A stretch of 62,620 nucleotides of DNA, counting the filler. It is 14 parts of 14 records of this genome, joined end to end, with 100 filler letters (N's around TTAATTAATTAA, not from the genome) between each part and the next. Parts side by side here need not be neighbours in the genome. Positions count along the whole stretch, not along the records: positions 59,181 to 62,620 come from SRR7504441_106250; 13 more parts are not named here. One strand, written 5' to 3'. Position 1 is the stretch's first letter, and each line of letters begins with the position of its first letter. Shown piece after piece: positions 59,606 through 62,620 of the stretch. The notes beneath the pieces were generated by a model. It searched no databases. It was given only the letters and a program-made list of their open reading frames with translations, and was not told the origin of the DNA. A program made the position numbers and the translations under genes.

Positions 59606-60716
59606 TTAGTCACCTGGGCCGTTACTGCTCACAATCATCGGCTGCCGCCACTCCCCATCGCCCTCCGCCTTATCAGCCTCACCGCCCGCAGCGTCCACCT
59701 TCAGCACTCGTTCGTGAAGCTCCGTGGCGAGCGCCGCTCCGACCAGCGGGGCCAGCAAGGGCACCTGCCGACTCCGTCACAATCTATCAGATCAGCCAAA
59801 GCACAACGAAATATCCTCCTCCCCACACTTGCTGCCAGCTGCCCTCAATTCCGTTGTACGCTAAGTAAAACACGAAGTAACACAGTCGTGGCCCCAGGTC
59901 GCGAGCAGGGTTGATCGCATAGCCCGAGAGCACCTGGCCACCCCCCATGCCATCAGAGTCCGTTAAATGCCGTTAAATACCGTTAGAACTCACCCCGAGA
60001 GCGTTGCCGATCCCAAACACAATCATCCCCACGAATCCGGCCACCTGTGCAGCCGAGTCGGTCGCCCAAATAGGAAAGTGTGACGTCCACCTGCAGCTTG
60101 CCGGGGTTGCCCCCCAGCGCCTGCACCCCCAGCAGCAGCAGCCCGGTCCCCAGCGCCTCATCCACCACACAATTCGCCCAGCTGCACCCCACTAGTTAAC
60201 CGGCTTTCCTTTTAAGGCAGGTAACACACCTCGCCGCGTTGTCCCCGTCCAGCGGCGCCGTGCAGTAGAAGTTGCGCAGCCGACTCCTAAACCAGTGCCT
60301 CAACTGCATTACAACGGCATTTAACGGACCCGCCCCGGAACACGACGTAGTCCAGGCTCACCAGAGCACCCGCCATCACCCCGCCACACAGCTGGGCCGC
60401 CGCGTAGCGCAGGCCGTCGCCAACGGAAATCCCGCCGCGCAGGTAGACGCTCAGGGTGACCGCCGGGTTGAGGTGGGCGCCCGAGCCCTCAAACGCCTGC
60501 GGAAATTCCGTTGAGAGACCAGGGCGGTGCGCGCACCACGAGGATGCCGAGGAGCACTCCGCAGCCCCATCCAGCGTTGACGTAGAGGTTTGTGGCCAGG
60601 GAGGCCGTCGCCGGCTGGGCGGCCTGGCTGGCGGCCACCACCCCCAGCCCGAAGACCAACATCACGCAGGTGCCCACCGCCTCGGCCGCCAGCTTCTTCG
60701 GCACCTCGCCGACCAT
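59606..60716 (-). CDS. Aquaglyceroporin (GlpF-type MIP channel), about six introns
   Basis: AEAVGT, SGAHLNPAVTL and GYAINPARDLGPRL. NPARD is the glyceroporin signature. Confidence 0.92.
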
Positions 60717-60768
60717 TTCTTCCGTTGTGATTAATTAATTAACGGACAAATCAGCGGTCAACCAAGCA
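60717..60768. promoter_or_regulatory. Putative 52-bp bidirectional promoter with inverted YAACGG motifs around an AT core
   Basis: TCCGTTG-TGATTAATTAAT-TAACGGA lies between the divergent ATGs at 60716 and 60769. Confidence 0.55.
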
Positions 60769-62228
60769 ATGGGCGCCTGTCTCCGGTCCTCAGTGCACGA
60801 CACGCCGCACCCGGTGGGCGGCGAGGGCTGGCGGCTGTTCGGGCGGCGGGTGGGGCTCCACGCGCCCGATCCGGAAGTACTGACGTCCCCATTCGAGCCC
60901 ACCACCGGCCGGCCCGATGAGGAGTGCCCGATCTGTATGGAGGCGCTCACCCGCAACTGCGTGGTCACCGCCTGCGGGCACGTCTACCACGAGTAACGGA
61001 ACATTGCTATATTTAGAAACTGACCATGGGCGTGCTAGGCGCTGCCTGATGCACCACTGCCTCACCGCCCCGCCGCCCGGCCGGTGTCCGTTGTGCCGCG
61101 CCCGGTTGGCCGGCGCGCTGCCCGTCGAGCCCGAGGCGGCCTCCGGGCGGCGGATCGAGGTGGTGGCGGTGCCGTCCCCGGGCGGGAGGTCCGTTGGTGT
61201 CCGTTAACGTCCGTTGATCATCCCGGGCAGGTGCCACTTGGACCGGAACTATCAGTTTCTCTCGCTGGGCGACTTCGACCGGCCGGGCATGCTGTAACTT
61301 GATATACTACTACTAATCCTATATAATGATATAGTACTAGTACAACTGTTAGTAGTAATGGTATTAATCAGCGAGGCGGCAGGTATCTGCTCAGCCCGAA
61401 CGAGGACCGGAAGACCTCGGCGAGCCGCGTGATGTGGAGGCTCCGCTGCGCCGTCCCGACAACCATTTACCTCAACTTCAGGCAATACACACTGTAGTAC
61501 TACTAGTATAGTGTAGTATGTAGTATACTAGTGTAGCAGTGCTGACTAGAATGAGTGCAGATCGGCCGAGCACGCAGCCCACTCCGCCAGCTGGCTCACC
61601 GGGTGGCAACCCGAGCCGGAGGTGCGAGCAGCGGCACCCAACGGCATCTAACGGCAGTTATTACAGGTGGCGAGCACGGTGTCGACGGGGGTGCCGAACG
61701 GGCCGTACAGCGGGCCGGTCTACAGTCGGAGGTTCGATCAAGGGGTTGTGGAGTTAAAGGGCAGTGGATTCTGGCAGGTCATACTACTAGTACAAGTAGT
61801 CTAGTGCTATTATCAGTATATGAGTATTGTAGAAGCTGAGCGGGCGCAGGGGACGTACTTTGTGTTTATACAGTTGGAGCTGCCCGAGCTGAGTGAGGAG
61901 GAGGAAGAGATGCAGTCGGCTGATGAAGGGGAGGTGGCTGTACTGATATCGCGTTGGTGTATTGGTGGTGAGAGGAGCCGGACAGATGGAGGAGGAGGAG
62001 TCAAGGCCAGAGGAGCCAGAGGGGCTGGAGGGTGGGCAGCAGCAAGGGCCAGAGGATAGCGAGCTAGTGCCAGAGGAGGGTCCTGAGGAGCAAGAGGAGG
62101 CAGCGGATAGTCAGCAGCGAGAGCTGAGCGAAGCTGAGGATGGAGAGTCGCGGCAGCAGGAGGAGTCACAGTCAGAGGAGGAGTGCCTAGAGTCAGAGGC
62201 TGGAGAGCAGCAGAGCGGTGACCGGTGA
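60769..62228 (+). CDS. RING-H2 protein with an unrecognised central domain and acidic tail, about seven introns
   Basis: CPIC..CGHVYHE.C..CPLCR. Exons join through introns 60993-61038, 61189-61230, 61294-61382, 61482-61560, 61622-61666, 61778-61849 and one more, into one frame ending at 62228. Confidence 0.7.
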
Positions 62229-62620
62229 CAGACTGCAGCAGACTCACTGACTGATTAAGTTAGAGTGGCCCGTGGATTGATCCTCCATTAACGAGCCTAA
62301 CCCCGCGCCATGACCTGTACATTACCCCCCCACATAGGCACACACTCGTCACATCAATTAATTAAGCCATTTAAAGCGACTTCATTCGATCATTGTCCCG
62401 GGCTTTAAACACAAGTTTAATCAAACTTTGCACAACTAACTTAACGTCATTTCAGCTTCTCGCTCAACTGAAGTCCGGCAGCCTACATGCAATCGGCGTC
62501 CTCCCTCACACTGTTGTAGGATCGACGGAAGGTGACAAGCGTGAACTTCATCGCATTTTATTTTATTTTTCATTCCATCCCGGAACCAGCGCAGCCCGAG
62601 CCGCTCCTGCGTGCCGGTGC

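Noticed and set aside
60731-60742. TTAATTAATTAA without flanking Ns as a hidden contig join
   Set aside because: No Ns are present, it is flanked by an inverted TCCGTT/AACGGA pair, and the same intronic motif occurs on both sides. It is more likely a natural AT-rich promoter core.
82-62228. Stop-codon reassignment or widespread pseudogenisation to explain broken ORFs
   Set aside because: Stops and frameshifts fall inside removable short introns, and long intronless ORFs read cleanly in the standard code.

Overview
The window is 14 unrelated contig pieces joined by 100-nt artificial spacers (N44-TTAATTAATTAA-N44). Thirteen pieces are GC-rich nuclear DNA of a microbial eukaryote with very short spliceosomal introns (mostly about 31-60 nt). 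One AT-rich piece (42700-45706) is mitochondrial DNA in the standard code: nad5, trnR(ucg), rpl10, rps1, trnL(uag), rps10, trnG(ucc), nad7. Nuclear genes reconstructed by eye include a PKD2-like channel, an aldehyde oxidase/XDH, a hybrid NRPS-PKS, a GT60 GlcNAc transferase, a cap methyltransferase-like protein, ALDH, a sterol desaturase, BolA3, EF-hand proteins, a P4-ATPase, STYX, Aquarius, several secreted glycosidases (GH116, GH54, clan-D-like), a class 3 lipase, shikimate dehydrogenase, a carboxylesterase, an aquaglyceroporin and a RING protein. A copia reverse transcriptase relic is also present. Most notable: (1) a signal-peptide-bearing H6PD-type enzyme with reversed domain order (6PGL then G6PD); (2) an intron-containing, apparently AT-less NRPS-PKS; (3) many GC-AG introns with degenerate donors; (4) a Myb-type YAACGG motif in most tiny bidirectional promoters, also arrayed at exact 10-bp spacing inside introns of one locus; (5) an mtDNA retaining rps1 and rpl10. 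All exon boundaries and family calls come from motif reading only; no searches were run.
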